DNA of 64,000 bases from contig JANSXW010000017.1 of assembly GCA_024742755.1 (NCBI GenBank), positions 2,847-66,846 of the forward strand, in the 5' to 3' direction. The notes under the pieces are model-generated. The model was not told where the DNA came from. It did not search any database and worked only from the letters and a program-made list of their open reading frames with translations. Of the stretch, positions 19,470-28,420 are shown one piece after another. The translations under genes were made by a program, and so were the position numbers. Position 1 is the stretch's first letter. Every line of letters begins with the position of its first letter. The DNA is from a bacterium (GTDB lineage: Bacteria > Bacteroidota > Bacteroidia > Chitinophagales > Saprospiraceae).

Positions 19470-19558
19470 TTTTTTTGCCGAAAATGCTGATAGGAAGAAG
19501 GCAGCTGGGAAAGACAGTTAAAGCGAATCACGAATAAAAAGACCTACCGGTGAGCTGT

Positions 19559-19816
19559 TCAAACCTGCACATACAAATCCCCCACCCTAAACCGCACTAC
19601 CCCCATCTCCAGCAGCTGCTCCCCATTGTCGTAGTCGGTGCTCTTCCAGCGGTGGGTGCCTGGGATGCGCTCAAACAGGATGACAAAAGGCTGTGCCTGC
19701 TCAATGTACAGGATATGATCCAGGCCGGGTATGGACTTATAGCCTTGTAGCTTTTCGCTGAAGTCGCGGTTGCGGCTGGAAGGCGATATGACTTTTGCTG
19801 CCAAGCAGGGGTTGAT
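19559..19816 (-). pseudogene. C-terminal remnant of a Uma2 (DUF820) family endonuclease
   Basis: INPCLAAKVISPSSRNRDFSEKLQGYKSIPGLDHILYIEQ aligns by eye with the Uma2 consensus NP(V)LIVEVLSPST.DYDRGEKF..YR.IPSL.EYVLI.Q. The N-terminal half is absent. Confidence 0.65.
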
Positions 19817-19851
19817 GCTTAAAATAACTTTTTCCAGTCCTACTTTTGAGA

Positions 19852-20769
19852 TCAGTTTGTTGCATCTTCTCCCGTGTGGGATGCAATAATGCGCTTCACC
19901 TCATCTAACGACAAGTCTACGACCTTTGCAATCAACTCTAAGGCAACTCCATTTTCATATCCCCTTATAACAGTAAGCTGCTTCTCCTGATCGATGCCTT
20001 TTTCAATGCCCTGCTCAAGGCTTTGCTCACGCACTTCTTTCAGGATTGCTTCTTCAAGTCCCATAGGTTCCCTGGATTTCGTGATTTTGCGTACTTCCTT
20101 TTCAAATTTAAGCTTGTTCTCTAAATTTTGAAAGGATACGTACATATTGATAAAATTATATAGCCGTCGGACTTTTGCTTTGCTTAGCCCGCACGAAAGC
20201 AGATGGCGCATCATATCCACTTTGCTAATCAACAGTTGCTCGTCATCTTTGGTACTTAGGTCTAGTGCATTGCGTGCGACCTCAAGGGCAAAGCCGAAGG
20301 GGTTACCTGAAGCCCTTAGTTCCTCAGCCGTGTGGTCTATCAACACTAACGATTGAAAGCGATAATTAAGTTCCGTACCCATAAAGTCATAGTGGTAGGC
20401 TTTGGCGTGGTAGGAACGTTTAGTATCCGTGTAAATAACTACAGCGGTGACTGGCTTGTCATAACGGTCCAAAATACGATAATAGTACTGAAACATCCGG
20501 TAGGCAAACTGACCGTCCGGATAGCCCTGTACCTCCACATGCACCAAAAACCATTGTTCCTGCCCGTTTTTCAGCCAGGCTTTGAACAGTTTATCTGCAT
20601 GACGGCGTTTGGTATCCGACTCTGGCATGATCTGTTCTAGGTCTTTATCTAAAAATTCCAGCTTCCGATCGAGGTCTATCTCGTCGATGTACGCAGGGAA
20701 GAAGAAATGCAGAAAGTCTTCTGCCAAGTCTTCGATGATGCCTTTCCAGAGTGTGTCACGCCGTATCAT
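19852..20769 (-). CDS. Rpn family recombination-promoting nuclease / putative transposase (RpnC/YadD-like)
   Basis: DTLWKGIIEDL..DFLHFFFP, LDKDLEQI, RHADKLFK, LVHVEVQG, FAYRMFQYYYRILDRY and a C-terminal EQGIEKGI tail. Lower GC than the flanking genes. Confidence 0.88.
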   Translation of the reverse strand: MIRRDTLWKGIIEDLAEDFLHFFFPAYIDEIDLDRKLEFLDKDLEQIMPESDTKRRHADKLFKAWLKNGQEQWFLVHVEVQGYPDGQFAYRMFQYYYRILDRYDKPVTAVVIYTDTKRSYHAKAYHYDFMGTELNYRFQSLVLIDHTAEELRASGNPFGFALEVARNALDLSTKDDEQLLISKVDMMRHLLSCGLSKAKVRRLYNFINMYVSFQNLENKLKFEKEVRKITKSREPMGLEEAILKEVREQSLEQGIEKGIDQEKQLTVIRGYENGVALELIAKVVDLSLDEVKRIIASHTGEDATN

Positions 20770-20937
20770 GCACACAAAATAGGGGAAAAACCAGAACAAA
20801 CAAAAATATGCATACTTTTGTTTTGTTCTGGTTTTCAACACAGCCTGGTAACTGTGAAACCCATTTATCAAAGTCCAAACTGCATATGGCACGTAGCTGA
20901 ATGAATACTCATTGATAAAGCTGGAACTTCGTAGCGA

Positions 20938-22050
20938 TCAGCCCACCTTCCGATAATTCAACACCGCCAACCCATTCACCACCAGCGCATAACCACCCAT
21001 CACCGCGATATGCTGCCGAATATCCCATACGTCACTGCCCTTCAGCAGCACCAGCCGCATCACATCCACAAAGTAGGCCACCGGATTGAGGCGGGTAATG
21101 TCCTGTGCCCAGGGTGGCATGCTCTCGATGGGGGTGAAAAGCCCACTCATCAGGATGAAGATGATGAGGAAAAACCAGGCGATAAACATGGCTTGCTGCT
21201 GCGTCTCCGTCACCGTGCTGATGAGCAGGCCGAAGCCAAGCACGACGAGAAGGTACAATCCTGCAAAGCCAAAGATCAGCCACAGGCTGCCTACGAAGGG
21301 GATGTGGAAGACCAGCTTGCCGACCACCAATCCAATTGCCAGCTCTACCAGCGCGATGATCCAAAACGGCAGCAGCTTGCCAATGATGAATTCATGCTTG
21401 CGGATGGGGCTCACATTGATCTGCTCAATAGTGCCGATCTCTTTTTCCTTCACGATGTTCATGCCCGCCAGGAACATGCCCACGAGCGTCACCAGGATCA
21501 CCAGAATGCCGGGCACCATGAAGGTCTGATAGTTCTGCTCCGGATTGAACCAGTTGGCGGTCTCGATTTGGAGCGCCGCCGGCTGTGCCATGCCACCGCC
21601 GTAGTTTTGCCGAAAGGCTGCGTTGAAATCCCGGATAATGGCATTGGCGTAAGCCGAAGAGAGCCCGGCTTTGACCCCATTGATGGCATCTACCGCTACC
21701 TGTAACTGACTATCGCCATCGCGCAGCAGCTGCCGCTGAAAGTCAGGAGGGATTTCCAGGTAGAGATCGGCGTCCCCCTGTTGGACCTGATTCATAGCAA
21801 CCTTTCCGGAGGCCGAAGTACCGGTCAGAATGAAGTGCCCGGAAGCTTCGAATTGCCCCACCAACTGCCGGGAAGCCTGCGAGTGGTCCAGGTCCACGAT
21901 GTGCAGCTTGACGTTGTCCACCTCGTAGTCGGCGGCAAAAGCCAGTACCAGCAATTGGATGATGGGCATAAGGAAAATGAGCGGCAGCATCACCCGGTGT
22001 CGAAAAATCTGCCGGAACTCCTTTTGTACGATATAAGGAACAGTCTTCAT
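20938..22050 (-). CDS. ABC-2 type transporter permease (YbhR-like)
   Basis: KEFRQIFR, VDLDHSQASRQL, FMVPGIL, IVKEKEIGTIEQINVSP and MSGLFTPIESMP. Confidence 0.93.
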   Translation of the reverse strand: MKTVPYIVQKEFRQIFRHRVMLPLIFLMPIIQLLVLAFAADYEVDNVKLHIVDLDHSQASRQLVGQFEASGHFILTGTSASGKVAMNQVQQGDADLYLEIPPDFQRQLLRDGDSQLQVAVDAINGVKAGLSSAYANAIIRDFNAAFRQNYGGGMAQPAALQIETANWFNPEQNYQTFMVPGILVILVTLVGMFLAGMNIVKEKEIGTIEQINVSPIRKHEFIIGKLLPFWIIALVELAIGLVVGKLVFHIPFVGSLWLIFGFAGLYLLVVLGFGLLISTVTETQQQAMFIAWFFLIIFILMSGLFTPIESMPPWAQDITRLNPVAYFVDVMRLVLLKGSDVWDIRQHIAVMGGYALVVNGLAVLNYRKVG

Positions 22051-22076
22051 TGTGATATTATTTAGGCCTCGCTCTA

Positions 22077-22116
22077 TTGACAGGTCTCCCGAGAAAAGCC
22101 AGGCGACTTGTCAAGT
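22077..22116. repeat. short palindromic REP-like element (copy 1)
   Basis: TTGACAGG-N22-CTTGTCAAGT, with the same geometry as the copy at 25538. Confidence 0.5.
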
Positions 22117-22126
22117 ATAAGCGGAC

Positions 22127-23242
22127 TTACGCAAGCCGGATGTTAAAGCTGCGCACGCTCAGCGCAATGAAAAATACGGTCATGCCCAGCAGGATGAGCG
22201 TCTCCTGCCACACCAGTTCCATGCCCCCCCCTTTGAGCATCACGTCCTTCAGGATGATGATAAACCACTTGGCGGGAATGATATTGCTGACCATCTGCAG
22301 CGGGAATGGCATAGACTCGATCGGGAAAATAAAGCCCGACAACAAAATCGTCGGCAGCATCAGCACCATCAGGCTGAAGAGCATAGCCACCTGCTGACTG
22401 TCGGTACGGGTAGAAATGAGGATACCGAGCGACAAAGCCGTGAGCACAAACAAAAAGCACTCCAGCCAGAGCAGGGCATAGTTGCCCCGTATCGGCATGC
22501 CAAACACCTCCGTCCCCAGCAGCAGGATCACCGCTGTATTCGCCAGGGCCAGCAGGATGTAGGGGATCACTTTGCCAATTACAATCAGCGGGGGCGGCAG
22601 GGGCGAGGCGAGCAGGACTTCCATGGTCCCCACTTCCTTTTCCCGGGTAATGGCGATAGAGGTCATCATGGCAGATACCAGCATAAGGATGACGGTCATC
22701 ACACCGGGCACAAACATAAAAACACTCTTCAGCCCGGCATTGTACAGCATGCGCACCTCGGTCTGTATGGCCATGGGCTGCTGCTGCAGGGGTTGTTGCT
22801 CCCGCAAAAAACCGCCGATGATGGCCGAGGCATAATTGGACAAGGTCGTAGCAGTATTGGGATCAGTGCCATCAGCAATGAGCTGCAGACTGCCCGGCAG
22901 GCCCCGGGCTGTTTCCATCCCAAACTCAGGCGGCAGCACCACCGCCATTTTGATGCTGCCCGCCCGGAAGGCCTGCTCAATCTCCTGTGTGCTGCGCAGG
23001 GGAAGGGCCAGGGTGAAATATTCGGAGGCGCTCAGGCGCTGCGTCAGGCGCTGGCTTTGATCGTTCTGCGCGTAGTCGAGCACGCCGATATCCGCGTTTT
23101 TGATCTCGTTGCTGATGGCGAAGCCGAAGAGCAGCACGAGCACCGCCGGCATGCCCAGCAGAATGAGCAGGGTGCGCCGGTCCCGCAGGATGTGGTAGAA
23201 TTCTTTGCGGATAAAAATGGATAGCTTTTTGTTCGTGCTCAT
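22127..23242 (-). CDS. ABC-2 type transporter permease (YbhS-like)
   Basis: KEFYHILRDRRTL, DGTDPNTA, FVPGV, ITREKEVGTMEVLLASPL and LSGFIFPIESMP. Confidence 0.93.
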   Translation of the reverse strand: MSTNKKLSIFIRKEFYHILRDRRTLLILLGMPAVLVLLFGFAISNEIKNADIGVLDYAQNDQSQRLTQRLSASEYFTLALPLRSTQEIEQAFRAGSIKMAVVLPPEFGMETARGLPGSLQLIADGTDPNTATTLSNYASAIIGGFLREQQPLQQQPMAIQTEVRMLYNAGLKSVFMFVPGVMTVILMLVSAMMTSIAITREKEVGTMEVLLASPLPPPLIVIGKVIPYILLALANTAVILLLGTEVFGMPIRGNYALLWLECFLFVLTALSLGILISTRTDSQQVAMLFSLMVLMLPTILLSGFIFPIESMPFPLQMVSNIIPAKWFIIILKDVMLKGGGMELVWQETLILLGMTVFFIALSVRSFNIRLA

Positions 23243-23280
23243 TGGATTGATTTTTAAAAATTAGTAGTCTTGTTTCTTTT

Positions 23281-23580
23281 CAAATACATAGGCGCACGGG
23301 GGTTCTGCTCGGATTTTTTGAACACATAGGCGCATAGGTGGTTTTGCTTGGGTTTTTGAACACATAGGCACATAGGGCACATAGTTTGTTTTGCTCGGGT
23401 TTTTGAACACATAGGCACATAGGTGGTTTTGCTTGGGGTTTTTAACACATAGGCACATAGGGCGCATAGGTGGTTTTGCTTGGGGTTTTTAACACATAGG
23501 CACATAGGGCGCATAGGTGGTTTTGCTTGGGGTTTTTAACACATAGGCACATAGGGCACATAGGTGGTTTTGCTTGGGGC
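23281..23580 (+). repeat. tandem array, left arm: 7 units of 38-47 bp (AACACATAGG[CACATAGG]n-GTGGTTTTGCTTGGGGTTTTT)
   Basis: Units start at about 23281, 23321, 23359, 23406, 23444, 23491 and 23538. Confidence 0.92.
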
Positions 23581-23630
23581 TGATGTTTGGGGAGTGTACA
23601 CTAAACTATGTTTCCCCCTCATGCCAAGCT

Positions 23631-23884
23631 CTATGTGCCTATATGCCCCTATGTGTTTCCCCCTCCCGCCGCACCCCTATGTGCCCTATGCCCCTATGTG
23701 TTTAACCTCCCGCCGCACCCCTATGTGCCTATATGCCCCTATGTGTTTAACCTCCCGCCGCACCCCTATGTGCCTATATGCCCCTATGTGTTTAACCTCC
23801 CGCCGCACCCCTATGTGCCTATGTGCCCCTATGTGTTTCCCCCTCCCGCCGCACCCCTATGTGCCTATATGCCCCTATGTGTTT
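23631..23884 (-). repeat. tandem array, right arm: 6 units of 44-46 bp (CTATGTGCCTATATGCCCCTATGTGTTT-CCTCCCGCCGCACCC), inverted relative to the left arm
   Basis: Units start at 23631, 23677, 23721, 23766, 23811 and 23857. The core is a near reverse complement of the left-arm core. Confidence 0.92.
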
Positions 23885-24615
23885 CAATCCCCCCCCGGCC
23901 GCGTCAGCCCCAAGAACACCTCATTCATCGTCTCCACCCCAAAGGATGCCTTCATCGCCTGCGGCGTATCGAGTGCCGCAATCCGCCCTTCCACCATGAT
24001 GGACACCCGGCTGCAGTACTCCGCCTCATCCATATAGTGGGTGGTGACAAATACAGTAGTCCCCTCGCTTGCTGTTTTGTAAATCATCTCCCAAAACTGC
24101 CGCCGCGTCACCGGGTCTACCCCGCCGGTAGGCTCATCCAGAAAAACGATAGCGGGCCGGTGCAAAATAGCAATGGAAAAGGCCAGCTTCTGCCGCCACC
24201 CCAGCGGAATGCCGGACACCAGGCTGTTGGCAAATTCCGACATGCCCAGCTCTTCGATCAGCCGGTCGGTTTCCTGCCGGACCTGCTTACGGGGCAGGCC
24301 GTAGATGCCGCCGTAAAAGCGGATGTTCTCCCGCACTTTCATATCCTCATAGAGCGAAAATTTCTGGCTCATGTAGCCGATGCGGCGCTTGATCTGCTCC
24401 GGCTCGCGGTAGACGTCGAAACCGGCTACTGTGGCTTCCCCTTCCGTAGGGCGCGACAACCCGGTGAGCATGCGCATCGCAGTGGTCTTGCCCGCTCCGT
24501 TGGCACCGAGGAAACCAAAGATTTCCCCTTTGCCCACCTCGAAGGAAATAGCGGTGACAGCGGTGAAGTCGCCGAAACGCTTGGTTAGGTTGTTGGCGGT
24601 GATGGCGTGGTTCAT
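23884..24615 (-). CDS. ABC transporter ATP-binding protein
   Basis: GANGAGKTT, IGYMSQKFSLY, degenerate signature PLGWRQKL, FLDEPTGGVD and THYM. Confidence 0.95.
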   Translation of the reverse strand: MNHAITANNLTKRFGDFTAVTAISFEVGKGEIFGFLGANGAGKTTAMRMLTGLSRPTEGEATVAGFDVYREPEQIKRRIGYMSQKFSLYEDMKVRENIRFYGGIYGLPRKQVRQETDRLIEELGMSEFANSLVSGIPLGWRQKLAFSIAILHRPAIVFLDEPTGGVDPVTRRQFWEMIYKTASEGTTVFVTTHYMDEAEYCSRVSIMVEGRIAALDTPQAMKASFGVETMNEVFLGLTRPGGD

Positions 24616-25511
24616 AATTGGCTTTTTTCCATGAAAATATCTTCGATTGTGGGCGTGGCCTGCCTGATTTCAATATCCGTATGCCCTTTGTCCAGCAGGT
24701 AGCCGTGGATGAGCTCGGGCCAGACCACCGACTTCAGGCTCAGATGCACGTACTCGCCGAAGGGGAATACGGTATGTGCCGGTTCGAACTGCCGCAGGTC
24801 CTGAATGAGTTTGTAAATATTGGCCGCCTTGACCGCCAACAGGGGCTTCTCGTAGCTGTTGACAATATTTTCCGGCTCGTCTACCTGCAGAATGGCACCG
24901 TCCTGCATGAGCGCTACGCGGTCGCACAGGCTCGCCTCGTCCATGTAGGGAGTGGAAACGAGGATGGTGATGTTTTTGGCCTTGAGCCGCTTCAGCATTT
25001 CCCAAAATTCCTGACGGGAGACGGGGTCTACGCCGGTGGTCGGCTCATCGAGCAGAAGCACGGTAGGCTTGTGGATCAGGGCACAGCAGAGGGCCAGTTT
25101 TTGCTTCATCCCGCCGGACAGCTTGCCCGCCCGGCGGTTTTTGAAGGGCTCTAACTGCACGTAAATATCCCGGATGAGCTCATAGTTTTCCTCAATCGTC
25201 GTGCCGAAGATGGTCGCAAAGAAAGTCAGGTTCTCCTCCACAGTCAGGTCCTGATAGAGGGAGAAGCGCCCCGGCATATACCCGATGCTCCGGCGGATGG
25301 TGCGGTAGTCGGCTACCACGTCTTTGTGGTCAAGCTGAGCGCTGCCCTCGTCCGCCAGCAGCAGCGTGGCCAGGATGCGGATGAGCGTGGTCTTGCCCGC
25401 CCCGTCCGGACCGATGAGCCCGAAAAGCTCGCCCGGCTGCACCTGCAGGTGGATGCCGCGCAGGGCAGGGGTGGTGCCGTAGGACTTCTTTAGGTTTTCG
25501 GTTTGGATCAT
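24612..25511 (-). CDS. ABC transporter ATP-binding protein
   Basis: GPDGAGKTT, LSGGMKQKL and LLDEPTTGVD. Start moved to MIQTEN. Confidence 0.95.
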   Translation of the reverse strand: MIQTENLKKSYGTTPALRGIHLQVQPGELFGLIGPDGAGKTTLIRILATLLLADEGSAQLDHKDVVADYRTIRRSIGYMPGRFSLYQDLTVEENLTFFATIFGTTIEENYELIRDIYVQLEPFKNRRAGKLSGGMKQKLALCCALIHKPTVLLLDEPTTGVDPVSRQEFWEMLKRLKAKNITILVSTPYMDEASLCDRVALMQDGAILQVDEPENIVNSYEKPLLAVKAANIYKLIQDLRQFEPAHTVFPFGEYVHLSLKSVVWPELIHGYLLDKGHTDIEIRQATPTIEDIFMEKSQL

Positions 25512-25537
25512 GTTGTTTGCTTTTTTAGGCATAGGTA

Positions 25538-25581
25538 GACTTGACAAGGGCTTTCGGGGTGCCCGGGAAACTTGTCAAGTC
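25538..25581. repeat. short palindromic REP-like element (copy 2)
   Basis: Perfect 11 bp inverted repeat GACTTGACAAG-N22-CTTGTCAAGTC in the gap between the HlyD and ATPase genes. Confidence 0.65.
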
Positions 25582-25586
25582 AGGCT

Positions 25587-26495
25587 TTACTGTTGGCTAG
25601 TTTGCAAAACCACTTCCCCGGGCATCCCCATCTTCAGCCGGCCGTCGTTTTTGACCTTCACTTTGAAGGCGTAGACGAGGTTGACGCGCTCCTCTTTGGT
25701 CTGCACGGTCTTGGGCGTAAACTCCGCTTCATCGGCAATCCAGCTGATGGTGCCGGACAGGCTGCGGTTGCTTTCGGCATCCTGATCGACGAGGACGGTG
25801 ACTTCCTGCCCGATTTGGAGTTCCGGCAATTGGGCACCGCTGACGTAGGCGTGCAGTTCCAGTTCTTCCAGCGGGGCGATGGTGTACAGCGGCTTTCCGG
25901 CAGCGGCCATCTCATGGGGCTCGGCCAGTTGCAGCAGCACCGTGCCCGATACTGGGTTGTAGATGTAACTGCGGCGGATTTGCTCTTCCACCATCTCTAT
26001 CTGCGCCTCGATGGGTGCAATTTCTGACAGTATGCCCCGGTTGGCCGTTTGGCTTTGGGCGCGGATGGCATCAATTTCTTTATCGATCACTTCAAGCTGC
26101 CCCTGCAGGTCATCGAGTTGCTTAGTGGGCGCAGCTTTATCGGCGATGAGGGCCTGCAGCCGGCGCTCTTCGCGCAACAGGTTTTGCTTGCGCTCCTGCA
26201 GTACGCGCACCTGAGGCTCGGCATCCTGCGTTTTGCCGGTCACGGCGCGGATTTTTGCCCGGAGCTGTTCGCGCTGCAGGTGCAAAAGGGTGGTGTCGAT
26301 CAGGCCCACAAGCTCACCGGCCCGGAGCTGCTGTCCTTCCTCCACGTCGAATTGGATGAGCTTGCCGTTGGCTTCCGCCGAAATGATGACTTCGCGGGCT
26401 TCAAACTTGCCGTAGGCATCAGAAGTGGCTTCGTTGTCCTGACAGGCGGCGAGGGGCAATAGGGCCAGGAGGCAGATGGTTATTTTGGTATTCAT
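25587..26495 (-). CDS. HlyD/YbhG-family membrane fusion lipoprotein
   Basis: Lipobox LAAC, GKFEAREVIISAEANG, coiled-coil hairpin, AEFTPKTVQTKEER and LKMGMPG. Confidence 0.92.
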   Translation of the reverse strand: MNTKITICLLALLPLAACQDNEATSDAYGKFEAREVIISAEANGKLIQFDVEEGQQLRAGELVGLIDTTLLHLQREQLRAKIRAVTGKTQDAEPQVRVLQERKQNLLREERRLQALIADKAAPTKQLDDLQGQLEVIDKEIDAIRAQSQTANRGILSEIAPIEAQIEMVEEQIRRSYIYNPVSGTVLLQLAEPHEMAAAGKPLYTIAPLEELELHAYVSGAQLPELQIGQEVTVLVDQDAESNRSLSGTISWIADEAEFTPKTVQTKEERVNLVYAFKVKVKNDGRLKMGMPGEVVLQTSQQ

Positions 26496-26496
26496 G

Positions 26497-27765
26497 TTAC
26501 AGTATTCCTTTGAGGGTGAGTAATTGAATGTACAGTTGCTGCTTTTGAAGGCGGTAGCGCTCCACCTGCAGCTGCGCCTGCCGTACCGCTGCCGATTGTG
26601 TGATGTAATCGGCTGCCACGGCGGTGCCTTCGCGGAGCTGCGCGTCGATTTGCTGCAGCACTTCTTCCTGTAGCTCTATGATGGCCTGTCCTTGCTCGAT
26701 GAGCCCGTCAAGCGCAGCCAGTTCAGTGCGGATTTGCACCTCCTGCTGCTCAATCTGAGTGGTAAAAGCAGCCTGACGCTGCCCGATCATTTCCCGCTGC
26801 AGGCTCAGCAATTGCCGGCTACGGTCCGCCTTTCCCCAGTCCACGAAATTCCAGGTGAAGCGGATGCCACCCATGGCAAAGGGGCTAAGGCTGTTGTCGA
26901 AAAAGTTGAGCGGATTGGGTGCGCCGATACCCGCCTGCAGGAAAGCCCCAACGGTAGGGCGCTGATCGGCTTCTATGCCCGACAAGCCCGCCATGACCTG
27001 TTGCTGTTGCTGCTCGAACAGCCGGAGTTCCGGGCGCTGTAAGCCTGCTTGTAGCAATTCGTTCTCCTGCGCGGGCAAATCGAAGGTGATGCCTTCCGGG
27101 ACGGCCTGCCCGAGGAGGACGGAGAGGCCTTCGCGCAGGGCATCGGTTTGGCTTCTCACCTGAGTGGCTTCCGACTGCAACCGTAGCTGTTCAGCCAGCA
27201 ATCGCTTGAGCTCGCCCGGCAGCAGTATACCATGCTCCACACCGGCTTCCACCTGTGCGATCCGCCCCTCTAGCTGCTCCAGCCCGCTTTCCAGAATGCG
27301 CGCCCGCTCCCGTTGCAGCAGCATGCCAAAGACGTACTGATTGACCTGTGTTTTGAGCTGCTCCAGCTCCACTTCCAATTGGGCTTCAGATACGGCCAAC
27401 TGTGCCGCTTCAGCCTCCTGCCTCGCCGCTATGCGCCCTCCATCGTAGAGGCGGTACTGCGCATCGGCTGTGGTTTGGAACCGGTACAAAGGCAGGTCCA
27501 GCCCCGCTCCGCCCGGCACCGGTAGCTCAAAGGGGAACTCCACCACTTCGCTCTGCAGGCTCGCCTGTGCATTCCAGCTGATTTGTGGCAGCCGCGCCTG
27601 ATCGATCTGCTCCTGCCGCAACGCACTCGCCGAACGCAGCAGGCCGCCCTGAGCGGAAAGGGGATGGGCTTGTTGGGCCAGACGGTAAGCTTGCTCAAGC
27701 CGGAGAGGCTCCTGCGCCCGGGCCGGCAAGGCTAACAGCAAGCATAAAAAAGGAAAGTATCTCAT
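26497..27765 (-). CDS. TolC-family outer-membrane efflux protein
   Basis: Signal peptide MRYFPFL...ARAQ, helical repeats, YRLYDGG and RPELRLF. Position within the efflux operon. Confidence 0.88.
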   Translation of the reverse strand: MRYFPFLCLLLALPARAQEPLRLEQAYRLAQQAHPLSAQGGLLRSASALRQEQIDQARLPQISWNAQASLQSEVVEFPFELPVPGGAGLDLPLYRFQTTADAQYRLYDGGRIAARQEAEAAQLAVSEAQLEVELEQLKTQVNQYVFGMLLQRERARILESGLEQLEGRIAQVEAGVEHGILLPGELKRLLAEQLRLQSEATQVRSQTDALREGLSVLLGQAVPEGITFDLPAQENELLQAGLQRPELRLFEQQQQQVMAGLSGIEADQRPTVGAFLQAGIGAPNPLNFFDNSLSPFAMGGIRFTWNFVDWGKADRSRQLLSLQREMIGQRQAAFTTQIEQQEVQIRTELAALDGLIEQGQAIIELQEEVLQQIDAQLREGTAVAADYITQSAAVRQAQLQVERYRLQKQQLYIQLLTLKGIL

Positions 27766-27776
27766 ATTTTCAGTAT

Positions 27777-27792
27777 TTAACCATTTGGGTAA
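27777..27792. promoter_or_regulatory. putative TetR operator (copy 3, TTAAC-N6-GGTAA)
   Basis: One mismatch to the two copies in front of tetR. Lies 12 bp upstream of the tolC start. Confidence 0.5.
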
Positions 27793-27809
27793 ATCGAGTG
27801 CAAAAAAAA

Positions 27810-28415
27810 TCACGCCTTTCGGATCGCGCTGATGACAAACGCCGCCACCTCCTGCTTGCGCTGCTCCATGAGCTCATCGTACATCTTGTGGCTCACCTGC
27901 ATCATGCCCTGAAACATCGGCCGGGCGAGGAAGGGGAAAACGCATAGGGACAGCATGTTGAGTACCAACCCAATAGGATTGACCGGCTTAATGTTGCCCG
28001 CTGCGACTTCCTGCTGAATCTGCATCACCAAAGGCAGGGGGTTGGGCCGGGTCTGCCGGCTCAGCAGCTCCTGCGCAAAAGCTTCGCCCTTTTGGTTGAG
28101 CTCGCTGATGACGAAGGCTGGCATAGCCGGATTCTGCATGAGCAGGCTAATGTAACGGTCTACAAACTGCTCAATCTTCTCGAACAGCGGGATTTCCGCC
28201 TCAAAAACCTGATTGATGCCCGCTGAGAATTTGGCGAAAGCCTCGTCAAAAACCGCCCGGAAAAGCTTGTTCTTGCTGCGGTAGTAGTAGTGCAGCAGCC
28301 CCTTGTTGATCTCCGCCCGGTCGGCAATCTCCTGCATGCGGGCAGCGGCAAAGCCTTTAGTCATGAAGACTTCGCGGGCGGCATCCAGTATTTTTTCCTC
28401 TGCGGTGGGTTCCAT
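27810..28415 (-). CDS. TetR/AcrR family transcriptional regulator
   Basis: EEKILDAAREVFMTKGFAAARMQEIADRAEINKGLLHYYYRSK. Start moved to MEPT. Confidence 0.95.
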   Translation of the reverse strand: MEPTAEEKILDAAREVFMTKGFAAARMQEIADRAEINKGLLHYYYRSKNKLFRAVFDEAFAKFSAGINQVFEAEIPLFEKIEQFVDRYISLLMQNPAMPAFVISELNQKGEAFAQELLSRQTRPNPLPLVMQIQQEVAAGNIKPVNPIGLVLNMLSLCVFPFLARPMFQGMMQVSHKMYDELMEQRKQEVAAFVISAIRKA

Positions 28416-28420
28416 AAGCT

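Noticed and set aside
19852-20769. Rpn gene as a bona fide insertion sequence
   Set aside because: No terminal inverted repeats or target duplication are visible around it, and the family lacks demonstrated transposition, so it is kept as a CDS.
23281-23884. CRISPR array
   Set aside because: The would-be spacers are nearly identical within each arm, the repeat length varies by whole 8-9 bp subunits, the two halves are inverted, and there are no cas genes in the window.
23254-24037. ORFs 23254-23514, 23261-23467 and 23564-24037, and the 5' part of 23608-24588 (PMCLCV/LCAYV peptides)
   Set aside because: These are translations of the DNA repeat arrays and of the antisense strand of the ABC ATPase, with no protein-like features.
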